A stretch of DNA of 55,291 bases from an uncultured Zetaproteobacteria bacterium (GTDB lineage: Bacteria > Pseudomonadota > Zetaproteobacteria > Mariprofundales > Mariprofundaceae). The stretch is taken from assembly GCA_964492105.1 (NCBI GenBank), contig CAZBJB010000001.1, positions 1-55,291 of the forward strand, in the 5' to 3' direction. Shown one piece after another: positions 1 through 8,580 of the stretch. A program made the translations under genes and the position numbers. How positions within the stretch are numbered: position 1 is the first letter of the stretch; every line of letters begins with the position of its first letter. Below the pieces are notes generated by a model. It searched no databases, was not told the DNA's origin, and saw only the letters and a list, made by a program, of their open reading frames with translations.

Positions 1-1986
1 ATTGTGCCCGCTACTCACCGTCCCCGTGGCGTAACTGTTGCTGATGGTACTGGTGCTGTTGGTACTACTACCATTTTTCCCCACCAGCCCGCCAACATAA
101 GCGGCATTGCTCCCGCCATTCACCGCGCCCGTGGCGTAACTGGCACTGATGGTGCCGTAATTACCTCCCGCCAGCCCGCCAACATGAGTGCTTACCCATA
201 TTCCGCTCACCGCGCCCGTGACGTAGCTGGCGCCGATTGCGCCGTAATTATCTCCCACCAGCCCACCAACATAGCCCTTCCCTTTCACACTGCCGCCCAC
301 CAACCCGATATTGCGGAGGATGGATCCGGAACCTGTATCCCCAAACAATCCGACGTCACCTGCTGAGGATCTGTTGATGGTCAGCCCGCTGATGGTGTGA
401 CCCAGCCCATCAAGGATACCGGTAAATTTGGTCGTTGGATTACCGACAGGGGCGAAGCCCTTGCCGGAATTCCAGCTACTGGTGCCACCGGCAGCAATAT
501 CGCTTCCCAGCGCATAGTCACCACTCAGGTTTCCACTCATGCCTTGCAGGTCGGTTCCTGTCGTGCTGCCTGGCGCACCCAGGCTCGTGATCACGGTGTA
601 GTTTGTGAGCGCCCCGCCGGAACCCAGTTTAGTGCTGAAGTTGTTTCCCGCCGGTAAAGTGACAGGGGCATTCACATGATACGCGCCGGTGCCACCGTTC
701 GCGCTGCTCTGGCCGTATTCCAGTGCCAGGCCAGCGGCGCCGGAGCCGTTCATGGCGCTGTTGATATTGATGTCGTTTTGTGCATTCAAGGTAAGCTTGT
801 TCGCATTCCATACGACGATATCGTTCACATTGATATCACCGGCGGTGCCGCTGGCACCACTGGTACTCGCAATGGCTACATTACCTCCAACAAGACTGGT
901 GGACAGCGTACTGCCCGTCATATCACCGCCGCTGGCGGCAATGGTGAAGTCAACCGGATCGATCAGCCACTGACCACTTTTCCCATTACTGGCTTTTGTG
1001 GTGACATGGAGATGGTTGGCGATGCTGACGTGCGCAGCACTGGTCTCGATAAAGCCGCCGTTGCCGCCATTCGGTGCACTGGCATCCAGCGTGCCGCCCA
1101 CATGGATGGCGTTATTGCCCATGCCGCCCTTCAGGTATATTTGTCCGTCCTTGCCGGTGACCAGTGTCCGGGCTTCAATGATGCCGGTCTGGTTAATCAC
1201 GGTGCTGGCCAGATCGCCGGCTGCCCGGGCGGTGAGGTACACGGTGCCGCCGTCGGCCCTGATGGCGCCGCCCTGCTGAATCAGTGCGTTGAGCGCACTT
1301 CGTTTGACTTGAATTTTAACCGGGCCACCCAGATCAAGCGTGACGTTGCTACCGGCCCCTAACAGCACATTGCCCCTGTTGGCGGTCAGCGCGCCCTGGT
1401 TGGTGATTTTAGCAGCAATCAAGGCAATGGTGCCGCCCCCGGCCGCCGTAATATGACCCTGATTGATAATGGCATTGTCACTATTGCCCTGAAACCGATA
1501 ACGGCCTGACATAAAATCGCGGGTGCTGATATTAAGGGTAGAGGCCACAAGACCGCCGACATTGACCTGTGCCGTCGGCGTGAACAACACGCCGTTGGGG
1601 TTAATCAGAAACACCCGGCCATTGGCGTTGATCGCACCCTGGATGACCGACACATTCGCACCGAGAACCCGGTTAAGGGCGACGGCACTGGAACCGGGCT
1701 GTACAAAATTGACGGTATGCCCCTTGCCGATACTGAAACTGTGCCAGTTAGCAGCCAGCCTTGCGCTGGTTTGCGAGACGGTCATGGTGGTGGCGGACTG
1801 ACTGATATGGCCGGATCCGGCCACGATGGTGCCGCCGGTGGGCAGGGCGGCGGCAAACGCCGAAGCCAGGGGAACCGTACAAAGTAAACCGGTTAACATG
1901 ACCAGGGGCAACAGGGTCATGCGCTTTCGTGAAGCACTGGTGGCGAGATCCTGCTTCGCGGGTCGACCAGCTAATCCTTGAATCAT
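1..1986 (-). CDS. Two-partner-secretion TpsA / filamentous-haemagglutinin-like exoprotein with GLUG-type repeats. Only the N-terminal part is present; the C-terminus lies beyond the left edge.
   Basis: Absent from the ORF track because there is no stop codon inside the window. The reverse-strand frame ending at nt 1 is open throughout in my own translation. It reads (MIQGLAGRPAKQDLATSASRKR)MTLLPLVMLTGLLCTVPLASAFAAALPTGGTIVAGSGHISQSATTMTVSQTSARLAANWHSFSIGKGHTVNFVQPGSSAVALNRVLGANVSVIQGAINANGRVFLINPNGVLFTPTAQVNVGGLVAST. That is a signal peptide plus a haemagglutination-activity (TPS) domain with the NPNG motif. Gly/Asn-rich beta-helix repeats follow. At nt 1-450 there are repeats of the form YVGGLVG.NYG.I.ASY.TGAV.G. 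The start is ATG at 1986 or at 1920. Confidence 0.85.
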   Translation of the reverse strand, partial: MIQGLAGRPAKQDLATSASRKRMTLLPLVMLTGLLCTVPLASAFAAALPTGGTIVAGSGHISQSATTMTVSQTSARLAANWHSFSIGKGHTVNFVQPGSSAVALNRVLGANVSVIQGAINANGRVFLINPNGVLFTPTAQVNVGGLVASTLNISTRDFMSGRYRFQGNSDNAIINQGHITAAGGGTIALIAAKITNQGALTANRGNVLLGAGSNVTLDLGGPVKIQVKRSALNALIQQGGAIRADGGTVYLTARAAGDLASTVINQTGIIEARTLVTGKDGQIYLKGGMGNNAIHVGGTLDASAPNGGNGGFIETSAAHVSIANHLHVTTKASNGKSGQWLIDPVDFTIAASGGDMTGSTLSTSLVGGNVAIASTSGASGTAGDINVNDIVVWNANKLTLNAQNDININSAMNGSGAAGLALEYGQSSANGGTGAYHVNAPVTLPAGNNFSTKLGSGGALTNYTVITSLGAPGSTTGTDLQGMSGNLSGDYALGSDIAAGGTSSWNSGKGFAPVGNPTTKFTGILDGLGHTISGLTINRSSAGDVGLFGDTGSGSILRNIGLVGGSVKGKGYVGGLVGDNYGAIGASYVTGAVSGIWVSTHVGGLAGGNYGTISASYATGAVNGGSNAAYVGGLVGKNGSSTNSTSTISNSYATGTVSSGHN

Positions 1987-2254
1987 CCTTCCGCAAACGA
2001 CCTTCAACCCGCCCCGTTCGGACACGACCGGACTCCGCTTCACCCCGGGACGCAAAACACCACCCTCACCGGTTATCCGGTGCGAATAGTATCCCCGTGC
2101 CAAGGTCGTTCCTGCCGCCACTATTTCCTCCGAAAAGATCATTTGCAACCGAATCCAGTGGTAGCCTCAAGGGTAACGCGTATATAATCAAAAAGCAATA
2201 CTGTTATCCAGAACCCGACGTTGGCATACGGCGCATGTCACAACCCTTTAATTT

Positions 2255-2375
2255 GAGCCTCTTGCAACACTCCGGGTGGATGAGCGGCATGGTGGTTCCA
2301 TGGAGCGAAATTCAAGCTCGGAAATGGGCCGAAGCGGGGAAGCCGATCGCCGCTCATGCGTTTTGCAAGAGGTTC
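2255..2375. mobile_element. MITE family A, copy 1 (internally deleted)
   Basis: Termini are GAGCCTCTTGCAACAC ... GTTTTGCAAGAGGTTC. It is homologous to the copies at 21956, 25044, 27994 and 47057 but lacks about 40 nt of the central arm. Confidence 0.8.
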
Positions 2376-2416
2376 ATCTGTCATCAATTGTTCGTTGACA
2401 GGGGCATCAAACAGAA

Positions 2417-2436
2417 GGGGAGGCGTTAGCCTCCCC
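2417..2436 (-). terminator. Rho-independent-type hairpin downstream of the Cyc2-like gene
   Basis: GGGGAGGC-GTTA-GCCTCCCC, a perfect 8-bp GC-rich stem about 30 nt past the stop at 2468. On the minus strand it is followed by TTCTGTTTG. Confidence 0.6.
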
Positions 2437-2467
2437 CGTTAGCTCCCCTCGTCCGTTCAGAACAAAA

Positions 2468-3850
2468 TCACATCAATGCTTCAGCGGACAGCACCGTGGT
2501 TCTGTTCGTAAAGTTTTTCAGACCGGTACCACTGAGGGTGCCGGTCGGATCCGTAATCTTCTCATTATCGAATACCAGATTCAGATCAAAGTTTTGATAC
2601 AGCTTGTATACGGCGGCAAGCTGAAACTTTTGCGAACTGATATCCCCCGCGGCCAAACCTTTAAACCGCTTGTAGCCGTAACCGATACCAACCAGGAACC
2701 TGTTGACGGGTTCAATTTCGGTACGGATCGAATAGGCGTTGAACGTGTTACCCGCGGTATTAAACTTTCCGGTCATATCCATTGCACTACCGAAACCCGG
2801 TTCTCCCGGCATGCCGGGAGAACCATAAAAGTTACCGGCGCCGCTCGCGCTGGTACGGCCCGCGGCGTGTGCCCAGTCGCCATAAACACCCACGCTCATG
2901 TCATGAATCTCGCCCTGGAGTTGTACGTCGACAAACTGGAGGTTCATCGGTATCCGGGCATTTTCAAGCTTAACACCCATATTGGGTTTATTCAGGAAGC
3001 CGGAGCTGGTTGTTCCACCCGTTCCTCCCTTGCCTGCGGTGCCGGTCACATAGCCGAAGCCAATCAGCGTATCCCAGTCACCAACATTCAGGGTCGCCAC
3101 GGCACGCAACAGGTATCCCCATCGGGTACCCAGATTGCTGACGCCCGTGGTTTCTCCCGCAGGTGCAACCATGGCAAGCTGGATATAACCGAGATTCTTG
3201 TAGCGCACCCATGCGCCGAGACCCGTGGTCATTTTTGAAAAACCGGCGGCCTGAATGGCGGAAACATCCTTACCCGACAGTTTATCGCCACGGTGTCCGA
3301 ATACATTGGAGACTTCCATGGCGCTGGATGCACCCCATGGCGATTTGTGAGCACCCAGCCCGACCTGGAAATCGTCATTGATCCGAACGGAATTCAACAG
3401 TAGCCAGACAGGCGTGGGATTCATATTCTTGAATGAATTCCCATCAGCTCCACCCGTGAACATGATGAAGGCGCCCGTATGTTTACCGATACGCCCCGCA
3501 ATAAAGAGCCTGGCGCTGTCCGGTATATTATAGGTGGTGGTGGACGCTGCCCCGTCACCCGTCGTATGGGTTGCGGTTGCGACGACATCCATGCTCATGT
3601 TCAGCACCGTCGGGATGGACAGGTTATCATCCTCGACCAGCGCCTCATCACCCACATCGGTGAATGAATTGAACATGAATTCGCGACCGAAAGCGTTCAA
3701 GGCCGGAAAGGTCTGGAAATGACAGCTCAGGCAGGCTGCGCCGGTCTGGCGCGCAAATGCCGGAAGCGCCTCGGCCCTGCCTGGCAACAACGCAATACCG
3801 GATACCACAAGCAGAGCAAAAGCAGCAGTTGTAAGAAACATTTTCTTCAT
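2468..3850 (-). CDS. Cyc2-like fused monohaem cytochrome c / outer-membrane beta-barrel porin
   Basis: ORF 2468..4039, trimmed to the ATG at 3850, which is preceded by GGGAGGAAATTTAACACT (GGAGG RBS). It has a Sec signal, MKKMFLTTAAFALLVVSGIALLPGRAEA. A single CXXCH follows within LPAFARQTGAACLSCHFQTFPALNAFGREF. The remaining roughly 400 aa contain no cysteine, are rich in Gly/Thr/Asn/aromatic residues and look like a porin. Confidence 0.7.
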   Translation of the reverse strand: MKKMFLTTAAFALLVVSGIALLPGRAEALPAFARQTGAACLSCHFQTFPALNAFGREFMFNSFTDVGDEALVEDDNLSIPTVLNMSMDVVATATHTTGDGAASTTTYNIPDSARLFIAGRIGKHTGAFIMFTGGADGNSFKNMNPTPVWLLLNSVRINDDFQVGLGAHKSPWGASSAMEVSNVFGHRGDKLSGKDVSAIQAAGFSKMTTGLGAWVRYKNLGYIQLAMVAPAGETTGVSNLGTRWGYLLRAVATLNVGDWDTLIGFGYVTGTAGKGGTGGTTSSGFLNKPNMGVKLENARIPMNLQFVDVQLQGEIHDMSVGVYGDWAHAAGRTSASGAGNFYGSPGMPGEPGFGSAMDMTGKFNTAGNTFNAYSIRTEIEPVNRFLVGIGYGYKRFKGLAAGDISSQKFQLAAVYKLYQNFDLNLVFDNEKITDPTGTLSGTGLKNFTNRTTVLSAEALM

Positions 3851-4215
3851 AGTGTTAAATTTCCTCCCATATGTTGGCTCGGTTAAGCAGTTCGAGCCTT
3901 TATTTATCTTCTCCCCTGTTTCCAGACTTCCCTTCGACCTGCTCAAGCCATCCGTTTGCCGGCTTACAAGCAGGGAAAATACGGATCCCTTCGGGAGAAT
4001 CGGGGAGACGCTGCCGATGCTTGGCTGTAGAGTCAACATCCGGCATGTCCATGTGTGGCATTTCGTTACATGTTATACATACCTGGCATGGAAATATCAA
4101 AAACATTGTCAGGACAGTAAATTTCAGATTTATACCGGGTATCATGCAAGGCTTGTTCAATACCCTGAATCCCATAAACAGGAATATGGCCCGTAAGCAT
4201 TCCCGGATACGGGAA

Positions 4216-5523
4216 CTATTCCCCCAGCTTTCGGTACAGAGTGGAAAGGCCAATGCCAAGACGTCGACTGGTCTCTTCCTTGTCTCCGTTGCAGACCTTA
4301 ATCATTTGCAGGATCAAACCACGCTCAAAATTGACCGTTGCTTCCGCCAGCTTCGTTTCCTTTCCGCCGGCACGGATGTTCCGTGGTGGAATATCCAATT
4401 TACCGTTGCCGGCCAGCAGTAGCGCTCGTTCCAGTGTGTTTCCCAGTTCACGCGCATTGCCGGGCCAGTCCTGCACCTGGAGCCACAGGCATTGCCGCGC
4501 ATCCAGCGGGTCAACCCTGATTGCTTTATCCGCAGTGAGTTTTTCCAGCATGGAAACGGCCAGGGGCGCGATATCTTCCCGGCGCTCACGCAGGGGCGGG
4601 ATGCGTATATGGAGAATATCCAGGCAAAAGTATAAATCCTCCCGGAAGCGGCCCTGGCGGGTCTCGCCCCTGAGATCCTTGTTCGCGGCGGCGATGATCC
4701 GTGCATGGAAGGGATGTTTTCGCGTATCGCCCAGCGGTCGGAAATAGCCGTCATCCAGCACATGCAATAATCCGGCCTGTATGACCAGGGGTAATTCGTT
4801 GATTTCATTCAGAAACAATGTTCCGTTGCCCGCCATGGATAACAGGCCTTCACGATCCCGCTCCGCACCCGGGAATGCCCCCCGTTTGTAACCAAACAGT
4901 TCGCCTTCCATCAATTCACCGGAAATGGATGAACAATTAAACTGGATGAAGGGTTCTGCGTCACGATCACCGGCCATATGGATAAGGCTTGCCAGCCTTC
5001 TCTTGCCCACGCCTCTTTCTCCCTGAATCAACACCGGCGACCGCGTGGCGGCGGCTTTTCCCGCCATGTAGCGAACATGGCGCATGGTCTGCGAATCGCC
5101 CATGGAGGCCAGTGCCCCTTCGTCCCTCAGAATGGTGGTCATATTTTCCAGCCTCTGTTCCAGTTTGATCTTTTCATTGAGGCGCTTCAGCCGTGCCAGC
5201 AGTTCATCAAAGCGTATGGGTTTGGAGATATAATCATAGGCGCCGTTTTTTAGCGCCTGATCGGCAATATCCCTGTTACCAAATGCCGTCATCAGGATGC
5301 ATGGCACCGGATTATCGCGAGACTGGATATCGCGCAGTAAGTCGAAAGCATCGCCATCAGGCAAACGGATATCACTCAGAATTGCATCTATATCTTCGCC
5401 TGCAAGCTGATCACAGGCGCTTCGCAAGCTGTCCGCTTCCAGCATGCCATAACCTTCCTCAGCCAACATTTCCACGATACCCCGGCGGATGTGGCGTTCA
5501 TCCTCGACAATGAGTATGTTCAT
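4216..5523 (-). CDS. Sigma-54-dependent Fis-family response regulator (NtrC class)
   Basis: Receiver domain MNILIVEDE...LSDIRLPDGDAF. AAA+ core GERGVGKRRLA, a GAFPGA loop, LFLNEINELP and RIPPLRERREDI. C-terminal Fis-type HTH ETSRRLGIGLSTLYRKL. The ATG at 5523 overlaps the kinase stop (ATGA). Confidence 0.9.
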   Translation of the reverse strand: MNILIVEDERHIRRGIVEMLAEEGYGMLEADSLRSACDQLAGEDIDAILSDIRLPDGDAFDLLRDIQSRDNPVPCILMTAFGNRDIADQALKNGAYDYISKPIRFDELLARLKRLNEKIKLEQRLENMTTILRDEGALASMGDSQTMRHVRYMAGKAAATRSPVLIQGERGVGKRRLASLIHMAGDRDAEPFIQFNCSSISGELMEGELFGYKRGAFPGAERDREGLLSMAGNGTLFLNEINELPLVIQAGLLHVLDDGYFRPLGDTRKHPFHARIIAAANKDLRGETRQGRFREDLYFCLDILHIRIPPLRERREDIAPLAVSMLEKLTADKAIRVDPLDARQCLWLQVQDWPGNARELGNTLERALLLAGNGKLDIPPRNIRAGGKETKLAEATVNFERGLILQMIKVCNGDKEETSRRLGIGLSTLYRKLGE

Positions 5524-7016
5524 GCGGCCATCTCCGATGGCAGCCATGTACGAAAATGACTGCCATTTTGATCGCTGTGCGCCAGTTCGAGCCGGCCATG
5601 CATGCGTTCCATCAATTCGCGACTGATGGCGAGCCCGATCCCGCTTCCCGAGTGGCCTGGCTTGGTGGTAAACATGGGTTTGAAAATGTCCTCCTGAAGG
5701 TCCAATGGAATGCCGGATCCATTATCACACACGTTGATTGCGATACCGTCATCCAGATTTTCAGTCATCAATTCCACACGACCATCCTCCCCGCAGGCAT
5801 CCATGGCATTCAGCAACAAATTGACCAGTACCTGGCGTAACATGGATGCATTGGCCATCACGGGTGCCGGGGATGCCCTGAATACAGTTTCAAGTTTCAG
5901 CCGTTTCTGGTGGGGAGACATGCGCGCCAGCATCATCGCACTTCGAGCGACTGTTTCGATATGGATATGTGTCGTGTCTGATTCCGCGCCTGTTTTTCCA
6001 TAATCGAGAATATCGCGAATAATCGTTTCCGTACGCGACAATTCACTCATGGCTATCCGTACGCGCTCAGCGGCATCTTCACTTTGCCCCCGATCCAGTT
6101 TGCGCAAGGCCGTTTCGAGAGCAACCGATGCGCCCGCCAGCGGATTACCCACCTCATGGGCGATGCCCGCGGCCATCAGCCCCAACGCGCGCATTTTCTC
6201 ATGGTGAGCGGCCATGTTACGGGTATGGTTCAATTTGGTTTCCCGCTTCCGCAGAGCCTCACCCATCAGATTGCAGGCAAGGGCCAGCTCGCCCAGCTCA
6301 TCCATGGGGAGCGCAGGGCAATAAATATTGAAATCGCCATCTCCGATCTTTTTCAACTCGCGGCGAAGAGACGCCAGCGGGCGAACCATGTGCAGGTAAA
6401 GGTAAGCGGTGAATCCCGCAAGCAAGAACCACAGGGCAAGGATGGAAAACAAAAAATCGTTCCGCATGTCCATGCGCATAACAGACATCATGCGCATGGC
6501 CGCATTCACGCGTTGATCCAGCTTATGATGTCGTGCGGACAGATTCTTCGAGGCCTTATCGACGATATCATCAATCTCGCGCATCAGGATTGGACCCTCA
6601 AGGTTACTGGAAGAAAACGGTAAAGAGAAAACCTGCCTGGCCCTGGATGTGACACCCTCCAGCGTACGGGTAAGTTGCATGCTGACGGACTGTCCTGAAT
6701 ATTCCCGGTGAAGGGTCGCGGCCATTGCAGCACGGTTGACTTCAAATATTCTTCGCTGGCGCCAGTCACCATCGATGAGAAACGAGCGGACGGGTCTAAT
6801 CGTGTGAACCAGATCCATTTCCAGATCATGCAGACGATGACTTTCGTGATTAACGGCTTCAATGATCATGGCATCCCGATGCAGGGTATTGAAATCCCCG
6901 GTCATGTGCCAGCCAACATATGCAATCAGCGCAAACACCAGCGCAAGCCATCCGCCAATTTTCCATGCCAGCCGGGAACGCATGTCTGTTGATCTATTCC
7001 CTGGGAATATCGCCAT
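5520..7016 (-). CDS. Sensor histidine kinase (two TM segments, periplasmic sensor, HAMP, HisKA, HATPase)
   Basis: H-box AAGIAHEVGNPLAG, a HAMP-like segment LRRELKKIGDGDFN, N/G boxes LLLNAMDA and DNGSGI...GSGIGLAISRELM. An alternative start is M12 at 6983. Confidence 0.88.
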   Translation of the reverse strand: MAIFPGNRSTDMRSRLAWKIGGWLALVFALIAYVGWHMTGDFNTLHRDAMIIEAVNHESHRLHDLEMDLVHTIRPVRSFLIDGDWRQRRIFEVNRAAMAATLHREYSGQSVSMQLTRTLEGVTSRARQVFSLPFSSSNLEGPILMREIDDIVDKASKNLSARHHKLDQRVNAAMRMMSVMRMDMRNDFLFSILALWFLLAGFTAYLYLHMVRPLASLRRELKKIGDGDFNIYCPALPMDELGELALACNLMGEALRKRETKLNHTRNMAAHHEKMRALGLMAAGIAHEVGNPLAGASVALETALRKLDRGQSEDAAERVRIAMSELSRTETIIRDILDYGKTGAESDTTHIHIETVARSAMMLARMSPHQKRLKLETVFRASPAPVMANASMLRQVLVNLLLNAMDACGEDGRVELMTENLDDGIAINVCDNGSGIPLDLQEDIFKPMFTTKPGHSGSGIGLAISRELMERMHGRLELAHSDQNGSHFRTWLPSEMAA

Positions 7017-7518
7017 GTCCGGCGATATATTTCAGTGCCCGAACGGTACCCGCGCCGGCCCATGAATAAGGGCCGATCACCCTGGTAATGATCTTTCCTT
7101 CACGGTTCATGACCAGTGTTTCGGGATATTTGAATACGCCCAGTTTCGGTGCTGCGATTGAAGCACCTCCCGGATCCCGGAATATGGGGAACGGGATTTT
7201 ATGACGATGGACAAAGGCTTTGACATCCTCAAGGTTTTTGTCCACGGACAAGCCGACCACCGTGAACTGATCCTTTGGCAAGATTTGACTTAACTTTATC
7301 AGATCCGGCATTTCCTTACGACAGGGCGGACACCACGTGGCCCAGACATTCAATATGATGACCCTGCCCCTGAACAATTCACGGCTATGGACGATGTTGC
7401 CTGAAAGATCATGCAGCGACATACCTGGAAGCATGTCTCCCTTGCCAACCACCTTGTGGGCAGCGTTACCGCATGAGGCCAGCAGTAGCATCAGTGCGAA
7501 CGGGAACGACTTTATCAT
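6994..7518 (-). CDS. TlpA/ResA-family periplasmic thiol:disulfide oxidoreductase (lipoprotein)
   Basis: Lipobox MIKSFPFALMLLLASC and thioredoxin motif WATWCPPCRKEMPDL. The ORF 6994..7641 is trimmed to the ATG at 7518. Confidence 0.85.
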   Translation of the reverse strand: MIKSFPFALMLLLASCGNAAHKVVGKGDMLPGMSLHDLSGNIVHSRELFRGRVIILNVWATWCPPCRKEMPDLIKLSQILPKDQFTVVGLSVDKNLEDVKAFVHRHKIPFPIFRDPGGASIAAPKLGVFKYPETLVMNREGKIITRVIGPYSWAGAGTVRALKYIAGHGDIPRE

Positions 7519-7578
7519 TCGGAAACGGAGGCCAGATCCTGAATCGTGCACCACCCTTTCAACATTCCGATCCGTATA

Positions 7579-7637
7579 TGATTCACGGATCGTCGAATCG
7601 CCGTGATGATTGCGCCTGCATTGCTGAACAATGCAGG
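7579..7637. repeat. Family C repeat fragment plus a 9-bp-stem hairpin
   Basis: ATGATTCACGGATCGTCGAATCGCCGTGATGATTGCGCCTGC matches the left arm of family C. It is followed by CCTGCATTG-CTGAA-CAATGCAGG, which abuts the ccdA stop. Confidence 0.65.
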
Positions 7638-8405
7638 TCAATGCCCCGGCAGAGTAAAGGCGCCGTCAAGATTTGCCAGTGCCGGAAACCACTGGGCCAG
7701 CCAACCGGACAGTATGCTGAAGCTTCCAATGAATATAAGTACGCCAACCATAATCAACAGTACGCCCGACACCTTTTCAACCACTGTCAAATATCGTTTG
7801 AACCTTTGCGACCAGCGTAAGAATGAGTCCGTGACAAGCGCCGCCAGTAAAAACGGAATCGCGAGTCCAAGTGAATAGGCGAAAAGCAGGAGAATACCAT
7901 GCGACAGATCGGCCTGGATACTCGCAACCGCGAGAATCGCACCGAGAATGGGGCCGACGCAGGGCGTCCAGCCAAAGGCGAAAGCAGCGCCCAGTATCAG
8001 TGCGCCAATACCATGCCTGGCATTGATGCCCCTGGCCTCAAAGCGGGTGTCCATCATCAGCAGCGGGATACGTATCAGACCCGTGTAATGTAATCCGAAT
8101 ATGACAATGATGGTCCCGGCAATTTTACCGAGTACGTTCATGTGAGCCAGCAGCCATTGGCCCAGGAGTGTTGCCGATATCCCCAGCGCGATAAAGACCA
8201 GACTAAAACCTGCAATGAACCACACCGATTGCATCAGGGCACGCCTTCTTGCCGAAGCCGCGCGCCCCCCTTCATGCTGGCGAAGCTCGTTGACTGATAC
8301 GCCGGAAATATACGACAGGTACGCAGGCACCAGCGGCAATACGCATGGTGACAGAAACGATAATAGTCCGGCAATCAAGGCACCGATCAATGTGACTTCA
8401 ACCAT
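7638..8405 (-). CDS. ccdA: Cytochrome c biogenesis protein CcdA (DsbD-core thiol-reductant transporter)
   Basis: Polytopic membrane protein with the two conserved Cys motifs FLSPCVLPLVPAYL and GWTPCVGPILGAIL. The ATG at 8405 is preceded by an AGGAG RBS. Confidence 0.85.
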   Translation of the reverse strand: MVEVTLIGALIAGLLSFLSPCVLPLVPAYLSYISGVSVNELRQHEGGRAASARRRALMQSVWFIAGFSLVFIALGISATLLGQWLLAHMNVLGKIAGTIIVIFGLHYTGLIRIPLLMMDTRFEARGINARHGIGALILGAAFAFGWTPCVGPILGAILAVASIQADLSHGILLLFAYSLGLAIPFLLAALVTDSFLRWSQRFKRYLTVVEKVSGVLLIMVGVLIFIGSFSILSGWLAQWFPALANLDGAFTLPGH

Positions 8406-8580
8406 TCCACACTCCTGATACTGGATATTGACATGCGGCGCACGCCGCAACCCTTTGATTTGCCTGGCATTCCGAAAAATCACTCATCATCAATGAGGTG
8501 AATACATGATTGTTCGAAACGCCATGCAAACCAGATACTTACACCCTGCATCCAATGCCAATGTCAGATCCTGGGTTGAA

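Noticed and set aside
4-1801. Plus-strand ORFs of 86-228 aa listed in the track (4-366, 397-657, 676-1362, 998-1279, 1523-1801).
   Set aside because: They are antisense shadows of the TpsA-like gene. Their translations are low-complexity Ala/Gly/Pro/Arg strings with no motifs. The opposite strand gives a continuous, motif-rich TPS/GLUG protein.
3851-4215. A possible sigma54 (-24/-12) promoter for the Cyc2-like gene next to the bEBP regulator.
   Set aside because: Only near-misses with wrong GG-to-GC spacing were found by eye (for example AGGCTCGAACTGCTT and TTGAACAAGCCTTGCA). I do not call a promoter; a PWM scan is needed.
3900-4259. A 119-aa minus-strand ORF in the Cyc2-regulator intergenic region.
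   Set aside because: It overlaps the regulator's 3' end, has no RBS or motifs, and has Cys/Phe/Leu-rich composition typical of an AT-rich spacer read-through.
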